Positions 17,844 through 26,314 of a DNA stretch of 32,000 nucleotides are shown here, piece by piece. Numbering within the stretch: position 1 is the first letter of the stretch; each line of letters begins with the position of its first letter. Both the position numbers and the translations under genes were made by a program. The notes under the pieces were generated by a model. That model was not told the DNA's origin, ran no database searches, and worked only from the letters and a program-made list of their open reading frames with translations. Source of the DNA: Xanthomonas campestris pv. campestris str. ATCC 33913 (GTDB lineage Bacteria; Pseudomonadota; Gammaproteobacteria; Xanthomonadales; Xanthomonadaceae); contig NC_003902.1 in the NCBI RefSeq assembly GCF_000007145.1, positions 370,325 to 402,324 of the forward strand, given 5' to 3'.

Positions 17844-18863
17844 ATGACTCAAGAATTGACCTTCAGCATCAAGAGCCTCCGCTTCGATGAGGACTACCGT
17901 CCCGCGGCCAATACACGCAACACGACGAACTTTGCCAACCTGGCCAGAGGGCAGCGTCGCCAGGAGAATTTGCGCAACACGCTGGCGATGATCAACAACC
18001 GCTTCAACGACCTGGCGCATTGGGATAACCCCAAGCGTGACCGCTACGCTGTCGAACTCGACATCATCTCTGTCGAGATGAAGATCGGTGAGCGCGACAC
18101 AGGCGATGCATTCCCGTTGATCGAGATATTGCAGCCCAGCATCCTCGATCAAACAACCGGCGCGCGTATCGACGGCATTGCAGGGAATAATTTCTCCTCC
18201 TATGTGCGCGACTACGATTTCAGCGTGCTGCTGCCAGCGCACAATCAGGACACATCCAGCTTCAGCCTGCCGGAGGGGTTCGGCAGCCTGCATGGCACGC
18301 TGTTCAAGCAGTTCGTGAACTCGGATACCTACACGGCGCGGTTCGCCAAGCCGCCGGTCATCTGCATCAGCGTCTCCAGCAGCAAGGTCTATCACCGCAC
18401 CGGAAACCGCCACCCCATCCTGGGCGTTGAATACAGGCAGGACGCATTTTCGTTGACGGATCAGTACTTCGAAAAAATGGGCCTGCAGGTGCGTTATTTC
18501 ATGCCGCCGAACAGTGTCGCTCCCTTGGCGTTTTACTTCCTCGGCGACCTGCTGAACGACTACACCAATCTGGAGTTGATCGGCACCATCAGCACCATGG
18601 AGACCTTCCAGAAGATCTACCGGCCGGAAATCTACAACGCCAATTCCGCCGCGGGGACCATCTACCAGCCGAGCCTGAAGCATCAGGATTACTCCGCGAC
18701 CCAGATCGTCTACGACCGGCAAGAGCGCAGTCAGCTCGCGGTGACGCAGGGCAAATTTACCCAGGAGCATTTCATCAAGCCCTACGGGGACATTCTTGAG
18801 CAGTGGGCCTCCAGCCACGCTTTCTCGTCAACACCAACGCAAGACATTGCCCATCATGAATAA
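17844..18863 (+). CDS. DUF1852 family protein (MesD accessory protein)
   Basis: Start at ATG 17844 (MTQELTFSIKSLRFDEDYRP...), 339 aa. I recognise it as the DUF1852 family that co-occurs with short MetE-like synthases. Its stop at 18861-18863 overlaps the next gene by 8 nt. Confidence 0.7.
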   Translation: MTQELTFSIKSLRFDEDYRPAANTRNTTNFANLARGQRRQENLRNTLAMINNRFNDLAHWDNPKRDRYAVELDIISVEMKIGERDTGDAFPLIEILQPSILDQTTGARIDGIAGNNFSSYVRDYDFSVLLPAHNQDTSSFSLPEGFGSLHGTLFKQFVNSDTYTARFAKPPVICISVSSSKVYHRTGNRHPILGVEYRQDAFSLTDQYFEKMGLQVRYFMPPNSVAPLAFYFLGDLLNDYTNLELIGTISTMETFQKIYRPEIYNANSAAGTIYQPSLKHQDYSATQIVYDRQERSQLAVTQGKFTQEHFIKPYGDILEQWASSHAFSSTPTQDIAHHE

Positions 18864-19887
18864 GCTGCTCCCCACCTCCACCGCCGGTAGTTTGCCCAAG
18901 CCGTCCTGGCTCGCGCAGCCCGAGAAACTCTGGTCGCCCTGGAAGCTGCAGGACGAGGAACTGACCGAAGGCAAGCAGGACGCGTTGCGCCTGTCGCTGC
19001 AGGAACAGCAGCACGCCGGTATCGATATCGTCAGCGACGGTGAACAGACCCGCCAGCATTTCGTCACCACCTTCATCGAACACCTCAGCGGCGTCGATTT
19101 CGAAAAGCGTGAGACCGTGCGCATTCGCAATCGCTATGACGCCAGCGTCCCGACCGTTGTTGGCGCGGTGAGCCGGCCCAAGCCCGTCTTCGTGGACGAT
19201 GCCAAGTTCCTCCGCCAGCAAACCCGGCAGCCGATCAAATGGGCGCTGCCCGGCCCGATGACGATGATCGATACCCTTTTTGATGCGCACTACAAAAGCC
19301 GCGAAAAGCTGGCCTGGGAATTTGCGAAGATCCTCAATCAGGAAGCCAAAGAACTCGAAGCTGCTGGCGTGGATATCATCCAGTTCGACGAGCCGGCCTT
19401 CAATGTCTTCTTCGATGAAGTCAACGACTGGGGCGTTGCCACGCTTGAACGCGCGATCGAAGGGCTCAACTGCGAGACCGCCGTCCACATCTGCTATGGC
19501 TACGGCATCAAGGCCAATACCGATTGGAAGCAGACGCTGGGCTCGGAGTGGCGTCAATACGAAGAGTCGTTCCCCAAGCTGCAGGCATCCACTATCGACA
19601 TCGTCTCGCTGGAGTGCCACAACTCGCATGTGCCGATCGATCTGATCGAACTGGTGCGCGGCAAGAAGGTCATGGTCGGCGCCATCGACGTGGCAAGCAA
19701 CACGATCGAAACACCGCAGGAGGTGGCCGACACGCTACGCAAGGCGCTTCGGTTTGTGGATGCCGACAAGCTCTACCCGTCCACCAACTGCGGCATGGCG
19801 CCGCTCGCCCGGCACGTCGCACGCGGCAAACTCAGTGCCCTCAGTGCGGGTGCAGACATCATTCGCGCAGAACTGTCGGCGCAGTAG
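18856..19887 (+). CDS. mesD: core (catalytic-domain-only) cobalamin-independent methionine synthase, MesD-type
   Basis: 343 aa, starting MNKLLPTSTAGSLPKPSWL. It resembles only the MetE C-terminal domain: Zn ligands HIC (VHICYGYG), E (SLECH) and C (STNCGMAP). The N-terminal folate-binding half of MetE is absent. ATG 18856 lies inside the DUF1852 stop region. Confidence 0.8.
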   Translation: MNKLLPTSTAGSLPKPSWLAQPEKLWSPWKLQDEELTEGKQDALRLSLQEQQHAGIDIVSDGEQTRQHFVTTFIEHLSGVDFEKRETVRIRNRYDASVPTVVGAVSRPKPVFVDDAKFLRQQTRQPIKWALPGPMTMIDTLFDAHYKSREKLAWEFAKILNQEAKELEAAGVDIIQFDEPAFNVFFDEVNDWGVATLERAIEGLNCETAVHICYGYGIKANTDWKQTLGSEWRQYEESFPKLQASTIDIVSLECHNSHVPIDLIELVRGKKVMVGAIDVASNTIETPQEVADTLRKALRFVDADKLYPSTNCGMAPLARHVARGKLSALSAGADIIRAELSAQ

Positions 19888-20290
19888 CGCACTGGTGATT
19901 TCGATGGATTGGCTGCCGTCGCATGTGCCGCGCGCTCAGCCTCATGAGGTGGAATCAGGTCGTTTGCGTGTCGAGTGTGCCGCGCGCGTACCTAGGCTGA
20001 GGCATGGTAGCTAACACCGCATGTGATGCTCGGCTGCCATGTGCAACGTCGATCAGGGCCCATGGTTGGCTCCCAGTCCGGGAAGATGGTAGGCCGATAG
20101 TGGGTGTGGCCTGGTTAAACCCTTGCTGCGAGGACTTGCTCGTCAGCGCCATCACTGGCCTTGTTAGGAACTGCACGCGCGGGGCGGCTACGTAACCCCG
20201 CAAGTGAAAAAGCTGCGAATTGAACGCGTTACATGTGGCTAACATTTGGTTGATGTGCGGTACCAAATGGTGCAGAATTTCGCCAACACA

Positions 20291-20343
20291 CCCGCCACGC
20301 CTCTACAGCTTCTGCTGAAAGCGCAATTTGGCGGGTTTTTTTT
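20291..20343 (+). terminator. stem plus T8 tract just upstream of the Abi gene
   Basis: CCCGCCA (20291-20297) pairs with TGGCGGG (20329-20335), followed directly by TTTTTTTT (20336-20343). The loop is long at 31 nt, so this is weak. Confidence 0.3.
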
Positions 20344-20369
20344 GCCTTTGGCACAGGGAGGTGGGGACA

Positions 20370-21290
20370 ATGCAGTACATGAAGGAGGCGTTGGACTACG
20401 CCCAGCAGATTCAGCAGTTGCAGGACCGAGGTCTCGCAATCGCCGATCCCGTCACAGCAGAACTCTATCTGCGGAGGGTTGGTTACTACCGCCTGATGGG
20501 CTATCTGTTTCCTTTGCGAGTTGCAGGCAGCGATACCTATCTGCCGGGCGCGAGCATGGACATCGCGCTCGGACTTTACGAGTTTGATCGTCTTCTGCGC
20601 CATCTTGTAGGCGAAGCCATTGGACATATTGAAGTGGCCACTAGGACGGCAGTGACCTATAAGCTGGCTCACGCCTACGGCAGCTTTGGCCATCGCAACG
20701 CGGCTAATTTCAGGGCAGACGGTGGGGACCGGCGCAGTTTGGGTAATTGGCACGTAATCTGGCTAAGAAAGGTCGACGACGAGGTCAGCCGTGCCCGGGA
20801 GACGTTCATAGAACACTACAGACAGCGATACACCACCCCACCTTTCCCTGAAGTGCCCATTTATATGGCCAGTGAGGTGATATCACTTGGCACGCTGTCC
20901 AAATTGGTGCGTGCCATGCATGGCGTGGATCAAACCGCAATTGCCGCTGAATTTCAGACGGCTGGACCGGTTTTGGTCAGTTGGCTTCATGCCGTCTCCG
21001 TGGTTCGCAACATGGCGGCGCACCATGGTCGGTTGTGGAATCGAGTTCTTGGCGTGTCGCCGATGATTCCCAGGCACGGGATCTGGGCGAGCGCGTCGTC
21101 GGTGGTTCCAGCAAATCGCCTATTTTTTGTGCTGTGCGTGTTGCATCACCTGCTCAAAAGCACTGCGGCCAATGTTACGCACTGGCGGACGACTGTCAGC
21201 AATCACCTGCGCCCTCTTCTGGTCGACGCGTCGCATAGAGCCGGCATGGGAGCCCCGGACAACTGGGAGACGCACGCGCTGTGGAGATGA
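20370..21290 (+). CDS. Abi_2 (AbiD/AbiF-like) abortive-infection family protein
   Basis: Start at ATG 20370 after GGGAGGTGGGG. YLRRVGYYRLMGYLFP and VVRNMAAHHGRLWNR are hallmark Abi_2 motifs. GC is clearly lower than in the flanks. Confidence 0.8.
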   Translation: MQYMKEALDYAQQIQQLQDRGLAIADPVTAELYLRRVGYYRLMGYLFPLRVAGSDTYLPGASMDIALGLYEFDRLLRHLVGEAIGHIEVATRTAVTYKLAHAYGSFGHRNAANFRADGGDRRSLGNWHVIWLRKVDDEVSRARETFIEHYRQRYTTPPFPEVPIYMASEVISLGTLSKLVRAMHGVDQTAIAAEFQTAGPVLVSWLHAVSVVRNMAAHHGRLWNRVLGVSPMIPRHGIWASASSVVPANRLFFVLCVLHHLLKSTAANVTHWRTTVSNHLRPLLVDASHRAGMGAPDNWETHALWR

Positions 21291-21377
21291 GCAATGAGCT
21301 GCCAAGCGGTTGGCGCGCGGGCATGTTGGCAACGGCCGCCCGATAGCGCGTTTGAAGTGTGTGTGTAGCCCCGGTTG

Positions 21378-21412
21378 TCGAGTTGCGCGCTGCGCGCGAC
21401 CGCGCAACTCGA
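21378..21412. terminator. hairpin between convergent Abi and porin genes
   Basis: TCGAGTTGCGCG (21378-21389) and CGCGCAACTCGA (21401-21412) form a perfect 12-bp stem with an 11-nt loop. Confidence 0.45.
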
Positions 21413-21488
21413 TGTCTTACACGCAATGCCACCAAAACAGGGAACTTCCGTAGTACCAGGTTCAGGGTAGTTACATCAGCTCAGTGAA

Positions 21489-22928
21489 TCAGTAATTGAC
21501 CTGCAGCTGCAGCCGCAGCAGATCGCCTTCGACTACCGGATACGGCGCAGTGGTGACGTCGGTGCGCTTCATCTTCGAATAGGCGAAGACCAGTTCCAGC
21601 GCATCCATCGGCTGCCATTCGACGCCGGCTTCCACTTCGTCCAGGCGCATGCGCGGCGCATTGGTATCGAACTTGGAACCGCCACGGTAGGTCTGCCACT
21701 TGAGGTAAGGCAGCAGCGTGCCGTAGTTGAAGTCGTGCTTGAACATCGCCTGCACGTAACCGCCGCTCAACGAACGCGTGCGGATACGCCGCTGCGCCAC
21801 GTCCAGCTCCGGGCCGCGGCCCACGGTCCACTCGGCCTGCAGGCCAAACGGCTGCGGGTAATAGATGATGTGCGCGGCCACGCGTTGATCGGTGTAGCCG
21901 TTCGGCTCGGTGATGGTCGGGGTGAAGCTGCGGCCACCGATGTTCACCGCTGCCGCCGTCGGCACGAACTTGCCGGCGTAGGCATCGGCGCCCACTTCCA
22001 GGTACTGGCCGTTGGCGAGCTTGAACGGGTAGGTGGCGTGCACCACCGCATGCATGCCGTCGTTGCGCTCGGCGCGGTTGGCGCCCTGGCCGTTGTACAC
22101 ACCGGCACCGAGCACGCCGTAGTCGCCCGAGCCCTTCAGGCCGGATTTGACCAGGTCCTGGAAGCGTCCCTTGGCCACCGTGGGGCTGTAGTAGAACACC
22201 GCGCCGATGTCGCGTTCGTCGCGCAGGCCGGAATTGAGCGCGTCGGCTCGGTCCAGCGTCAAGCGGTTCTGGCTGGACTGCAGGTTTTCCCAGCCGTAGG
22301 GCATCTTCGACTGGCCCACGCGCACGCGGTATTCGCGCTTCTTGTCGAAGAAGATGTCGGCGTAGGCATCGCGCAGCTGCGCGAAGTTGGAGGTGGTCGA
22401 ACCTGTCGGGGTGCTGGCGAAATCGGGCTGGAAGTACAGCGACACGTGCTCGTTGAGATCGCCGCTCAGCACCAGGCGTGCACGGCGGATGCCCAGGCTC
22501 TGGTCATTGCCGATGAAGCGGTCGCCGGGCGCACGCAGGTCCTGCGCATCGCCACCGATGCCCTGGTTGTAGCGGATCTGGGTGTAGCCGCGCAGGCTCA
22601 ACTTGTCGTACCACTTCTTGGGCGCGTCGCTGGCGGCGGTCGGCACGGGCGCGGCCGCCGGAGCAGGCGGCGCTGCCTGGGCCACGCCGGTGCTGGGCGC
22701 GGTGGCCGTGACTGGTGCCGCGGGCGCTTCAGGCAAGGCGGATGCCGGCAGCTTGCCGTTCTCGTCCACCTGCACGAACTTGCCCAGCTTGTCGCGCCCG
22801 GGTGCTGGCTCGGCAAAGATCTGCTTGGTCTTGCGGTCGACGTACAGCTCCAGCTCGGCGGCCAGCGTGCTGCCGCTGGCGGTCGCGCTGAGGGCGCACA
22901 GGACGGTGGCGAGATTGCGTTTTTTCAT
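21489..22928 (-). CDS. phosphate-selective porin, OprO/OprP family
   Basis: Signal peptide MKKRNLATVLCALSATASGSTLA, a Pro/Ala-rich linker, then WYDKLSLRGYTQIRYN...RRARLVLSG...FQPDF and a C-terminal ...LQLQVNY barrel terminus. Confidence 0.85.
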   Translation of the reverse strand: MKKRNLATVLCALSATASGSTLAAELELYVDRKTKQIFAEPAPGRDKLGKFVQVDENGKLPASALPEAPAAPVTATAPSTGVAQAAPPAPAAAPVPTAASDAPKKWYDKLSLRGYTQIRYNQGIGGDAQDLRAPGDRFIGNDQSLGIRRARLVLSGDLNEHVSLYFQPDFASTPTGSTTSNFAQLRDAYADIFFDKKREYRVRVGQSKMPYGWENLQSSQNRLTLDRADALNSGLRDERDIGAVFYYSPTVAKGRFQDLVKSGLKGSGDYGVLGAGVYNGQGANRAERNDGMHAVVHATYPFKLANGQYLEVGADAYAGKFVPTAAAVNIGGRSFTPTITEPNGYTDQRVAAHIIYYPQPFGLQAEWTVGRGPELDVAQRRIRTRSLSGGYVQAMFKHDFNYGTLLPYLKWQTYRGGSKFDTNAPRMRLDEVEAGVEWQPMDALELVFAYSKMKRTDVTTAPYPVVEGDLLRLQLQVNY

Positions 22929-23064
22929 GGATCCGGCTCGGCAAGGGGAACTGGGCGGCGGTGGCGTGGCCGGCCCAGGCGCTCCTGCAAGAAGGGCGCG
23001 TGCGGCCAGATGCCGGGCACCGTCATGGCGCTCCGCAGTGCTGCCGTAGCAGCGATGGGGTGCA

Positions 23065-23098
23065 GTTATATTTATGTTTGATGTCAGTTTGGTGACAT
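23065..23098 (-). promoter_or_regulatory. Pho-box-like PhoB site plus -10 element upstream of the porin
   Basis: The minus strand of 23098-23081 reads ATGTCACCAAACTGACAT, 14/18 matches to CTGTCATAWAWCTGTCAY, with TGTCA/TGACA 11 bp apart. TATAAC (23070-23065) starts 10 nt downstream. Confidence 0.4.
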
Positions 23099-23657
23099 CG
23101 GCAGCGCCATCCGACGGATGACTGTGTCAGCTGCATTTCCGGCAGATGTCAGTGCGGCGGCAGGCGCGGCGCAGTGCGCGCCTGCCCAGGCCGGGCGTCT
23201 ACTTCCTTGGCGCGATGGCGCATGCGGCTAGCGCTGCGGGATGCGTGACCACGGCCAGGCGGTGCGGAGATACAGCGCTTTGGTGTCGCCTGTGTGGTCG
23301 GTAGAGCGCGGAGGGCGCAGGGATGCCCGTCCGATACCGCGCGGCTATCGGATGCAGGGCCTTTGTTCTGGGGGATCATCGGGGTTGGCGTTCTGCGTCT
23401 CGGAGCCAAGGATCCCCGCACGACACCATGGCGACCAAGCCTGCACGCCATCGGCAGCGACCGGAGTTGTGTTCCTTGCGCATCGGGCGCAGCAGCGACT
23501 CAAGCCACATTCGCTTTCAGTCGGCGCGACAGGCGCGGCCCAGGCATGCCGTCATGCCGGCAGCTGGGCGCCGCCTGCCTGGCGCCCTTCTGGCCGAGTG
23601 ACCGGCGCGTTCGCTCCGGCTGCGTTGGCGGCAACAGATCTCCGCCGGGCCCACTCA

Positions 23658-23684
23658 CCGTTCGCAGGACCTGCCTGCGAACGG
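23658..23684 (-). terminator. hairpin just downstream of the NmrA-like gene stop
   Basis: CCGTTCGCAGG (23658-23668) and CCTGCGAACGG (23674-23684) form a perfect 11-bp stem with a 5-nt loop, 9 nt from the stop codon. Confidence 0.45.
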
Positions 23685-23692
23685 CGCCGGGA

Positions 23693-24580
23693 TCAGCCCG
23701 CCGGCTGCGCCGCCAACGCAGCGGCAATGGTGGCGCGCAGCGGGGTGGTGGGGCGGCCGATCAGCTTGCTCAAGGTGTGGCTGTCGTCGAACAGGCTGCC
23801 GCCGCCTGCGGACGCCGAGCACTGCGCCAGTACCTGGGCGAAGCCGGCCGGCAGCCCGGCCTGGACCAGGGCCGCGGCATAGTCCGCCTCCGGCATGTCG
23901 TGGTAGGCCACCGGCTTGCCCGCCTGCTGCGCCAGCTCGGCGGCGTAGTCGGCCATGCTGAAGGCTTGATCGCCTGCCAGCTCGTAGATGCGTCCGGCCT
24001 GCGGTTCGGCGGAGGCCAGTACTGCCGCCGCGGCGGCCGCGTAGTCGGCACGGGTTGCCGCGCTGATCCTGCCATCGCCAGAGCTGCCGATTACCGCGCC
24101 GTGCGCCAGTTCCGGGCCGATCGAGCCGGTGTAGTTCTCGGTGTACCAACCGTTACGCAGCAGCACGTGCGGCACGCCGCTGTCGCGCAGCAGTGCTTCG
24201 GTGGTCACGTGCTCGCCGGCCAGCGAGAGCGTGCTGGTGTCCGCACGCAGCACGCTGGTGTAGGCGAGCAGGCCCACGCCGGCACGCTTGGCGGCCTCGA
24301 TCACGTTGCGGTGCTGCTCCACGCGCGCGCCCACCGCGTTGGAGGACACCAGCAGGACCGTGCCGACCCCGGCGAAAGCGGCGTCCAGCGAGGCCGGGTC
24401 GGCGTAATCGGCGCGACGTACGCTGATGTCGCGTTTTGCGAATGCCGACAGTGACGCGGTCTCGCGCGCGGTTGCTACGATGCGGCCGGCAGGCACACGC
24501 TCAAGCAACGCATCGACGATCAGCGCTCCCAGGTGTCCGCTGGCGCCGGTGACAAGAATCAGGGGGGAGGTGTGTGCCAT
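23693..24580 (-). CDS. NmrA/SDR-family NAD(P)H-binding oxidoreductase (quinone oxidoreductase 2-like)
   Basis: ILVTGASGHLGALIVDALL Rossmann motif, about 295 aa with atypical-SDR architecture, divergently paired with an HxlR regulator (a common arrangement). Confidence 0.8.
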   Translation of the reverse strand: MAHTSPLILVTGASGHLGALIVDALLERVPAGRIVATARETASLSAFAKRDISVRRADYADPASLDAAFAGVGTVLLVSSNAVGARVEQHRNVIEAAKRAGVGLLAYTSVLRADTSTLSLAGEHVTTEALLRDSGVPHVLLRNGWYTENYTGSIGPELAHGAVIGSSGDGRISAATRADYAAAAAAVLASAEPQAGRIYELAGDQAFSMADYAAELAQQAGKPVAYHDMPEADYAAALVQAGLPAGFAQVLAQCSASAGGGSLFDDSHTLSKLIGRPTTPLRATIAAALAAQPAG

Positions 24581-24612
24581 GATGCGCTCCGTCAGGTATC
24601 GATAAGAGGTTT

Positions 24613-24629
24613 GGTCTAGTATTTAGACC
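24613..24629. promoter_or_regulatory. inverted repeat in the NmrA/HxlR divergent region (candidate HxlR operator)
   Basis: GGTCTA-gtatt-TAGACC is a perfect 6-bp dyad in a locally AT-rich context. Confidence 0.3.
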
Positions 24630-24716
24630 GGAAGTCCAGCGAGCCTATTGTCGGGGTCGTCCCATCCTCCGCAAGGAGGCAGTTTTTTCTCCCCCTGGTT
24701 ACCGTGAGATGCCCCT

Positions 24717-25145
24717 GTGAATGCGATTGCCCTGTTTCCGCCGCCGCCGTCCCTGGAAGGGCCGTTCGACGCCACCAAGTGCCCGGTGCGCGATGTGCTC
24801 GACCAGATCGGCGACAAGTGGACCTTGTTGATCCTGCTCACGCTGATCCCTGGCCCGTCCCGTTTCAGCGCCATCCAGCGCGCCGTGCCGGATATCTCCA
24901 AACGCATGCTCACCCAGACCCTGCGCAACCTCGAGCGCAACGGCATGATCACCCGCAAGGTCTACGCGACCAAGCCGCCGAGCGTGGAGTATGCGTTGGC
25001 CAAGCTGGGCGTGGCGCTGCTCGGCCCGGTCTCGCAGCTGCTCAACTGGGCCGGCGAACACCACGCCGACATCCGCACCGCACGTGAGCGTTTCGACCGG
25101 GCGCAGACCGCCGGCCTGATGGAAGCCAACGACCCGATCGCCTGA
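24717..25145 (+). CDS. HxlR-family transcriptional regulator
   Basis: [22 protein letters not shown]...[35 protein letters not shown]...[12 protein letters not shown] is a textbook HxlR winged helix. It has a GTG start. Confidence 0.88.
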   Translation: MNAIALFPPPPSLEGPFDATKCPVRDVLDQIGDKWTLLILLTLIPGPSRFSAIQRAVPDISKRMLTQTLRNLERNGMITRKVYATKPPSVEYALAKLGVALLGPVSQLLNWAGEHHADIRTARERFDRAQTAGLMEANDPIA

Positions 25146-25155
25146 CGCTGCGCGT

Positions 25156-25198
25156 TGCCGCGGTCACGGCGATCGCGGTGACCGCGGTGACCGCGGCA
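25156..25198 (+). terminator. hairpin 11 nt after the HxlR stop, with a tandem GGTGACCGC duplication
   Basis: TGCCGCGGTCAC (25156-25167) pairs with GTGACCGCGGCA (25187-25198). An alternative 10-bp pairing uses the first GTGACCGCGG copy (25178-25187). Confidence 0.4.
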
Positions 25199-25813
25199 GC
25201 GTATGCGCGCGACGCTGGTGCACGCGTCAGGTCGCTCCTGCGATGCACCGGCATGCAAGGCGAACGTTGGACTGGGTGACTTAGGTGTTGGTCCTTCGAT
25301 AGTGGGCTGCTGGGCGTGTATGCCTCAGCGCTCGTTTGGTCGCCTGCGGCAACGCCGCAGTCAGTCGGCTTCGCGCATCGTTCTGCATGCCGCTCATACC
25401 GCTCACACCGCTCTGACCGTGTGATGCCTTGTCGTTGCTGCTGCGCGCCGAGTGCTCGTCCTGGCGCGCAATCCTATGCGGTGGCGTATTGGCGCGGCCG
25501 CGACACCTGAGCGGATGGTTGTTGGCCCACTACAGGCACGGCCCAGGCAATCCAGTCGGGCCCACCACCGTTGCACGCGTCGGCAGCAGCGTTGCCGCAC
25601 GCGCTGCCATCGGCCCGTGAAAACACACTCACAAAGGCGCGCGGCGACTAAACATCATGTTCTGGCTTGCACACCGGCCATCACCACAAACCGTTGCGCT
25701 GCAACGTGCAGCGTCATCCGCTATCGCAGCGATCAGAAATACCAATCGAAGCCGACTCAAGCGTAAGCGCCCAAGTCCGATAAGGCGACACCAGCCCGTC
25801 GGATTCAGCGCAC

Positions 25814-26314
25814 ATGTCCTTAGTCGGTTCCTCCTCACCCGCCGCCCGGCGTACCGCCGGCGTCGCCTTGCTGGCGCTGTGGTGCGGTTGGATCGCCGTT
25901 GCCTGGACCACGCCGCAGGCTGCTGCTGCCGGCGACGCCGCCAGCGCCTGGGCGCGCGTGCAGGCCAGCCTGCCGGCGCTGTCGACCGCACCAATGCTGG
26001 TCGGCGTCGTGGGTGCCTGCACCTGCGACGGCGCCGCCGATGCACGTGCCTGGGCGTTATTGAGCCAGGCGGTTCGCGCGCGCGGCGGGCGCGTCCAGCA
26101 GATCGATGTGCCGGCCCTGCATGGCAGCGGCTATGCGGTGTGGCTGCTCGGCGCCGATGGCCAGCCGCGCTATGCGGGCCCCGCGCAGGGCAGCGCGGTA
26201 TGCGGGCGTGCCGGTGCGGCAGAGTGGCCGCGTTGGCTACCGCAGGTCCTGGCACGCCCGGCGGATGTCGCGCTGGTGGCACCGTGCGCCTGTGCTGCGG
26301 GGGTGTCGGCATGA
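25814..26314 (+). CDS. hypothetical exported/membrane-anchored Cys-rich protein
   Basis: 166 aa. N-terminal anchor [17 protein letters not shown]; two CxC motifs ([15 protein letters not shown]) plus one further Cys. The stop TGA (26312-26314) overlaps the chemoreceptor ATG (26311) as ATGA. No family recognised. Confidence 0.5.
   Translation: MSLVGSSSPAARRTAGVALLALWCGWIAVAWTTPQAAAAGDAASAWARVQASLPALSTAPMLVGVVGACTCDGAADARAWALLSQAVRARGGRVQQIDVPALHGSGYAVWLLGADGQPRYAGPAQGSAVCGRAGAAEWPRWLPQVLARPADVALVAPCACAAGVSA

Noticed and set aside
19955-20266. 103-aa minus ORF and 63-aa plus ORF upstream of the Abi gene as a partner (antitoxin or regulator)
   Set aside because: Neither has an RBS or an HTH or other motif, and the composition looks non-coding. 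The region is treated as structured non-coding DNA.
25157-25420. Short tandem repeats (GGTGACCGC x2 at 25178-25196; CCGCTCAxA-like x3 at 25391-25420) as a CRISPR or minisatellite
   Set aside because: The repeats are only 9 bp, with 2-3 copies and no spacers. The first set is part of a terminator hairpin.
25452-25766. 104-aa plus ORF and 25629..26339 minus ORF upstream of the chemoreceptor operon
   Set aside because: Both are extremely Arg-rich translations with no start context. They overlap the better-supported 25814..26314 ORF or the promoter region.
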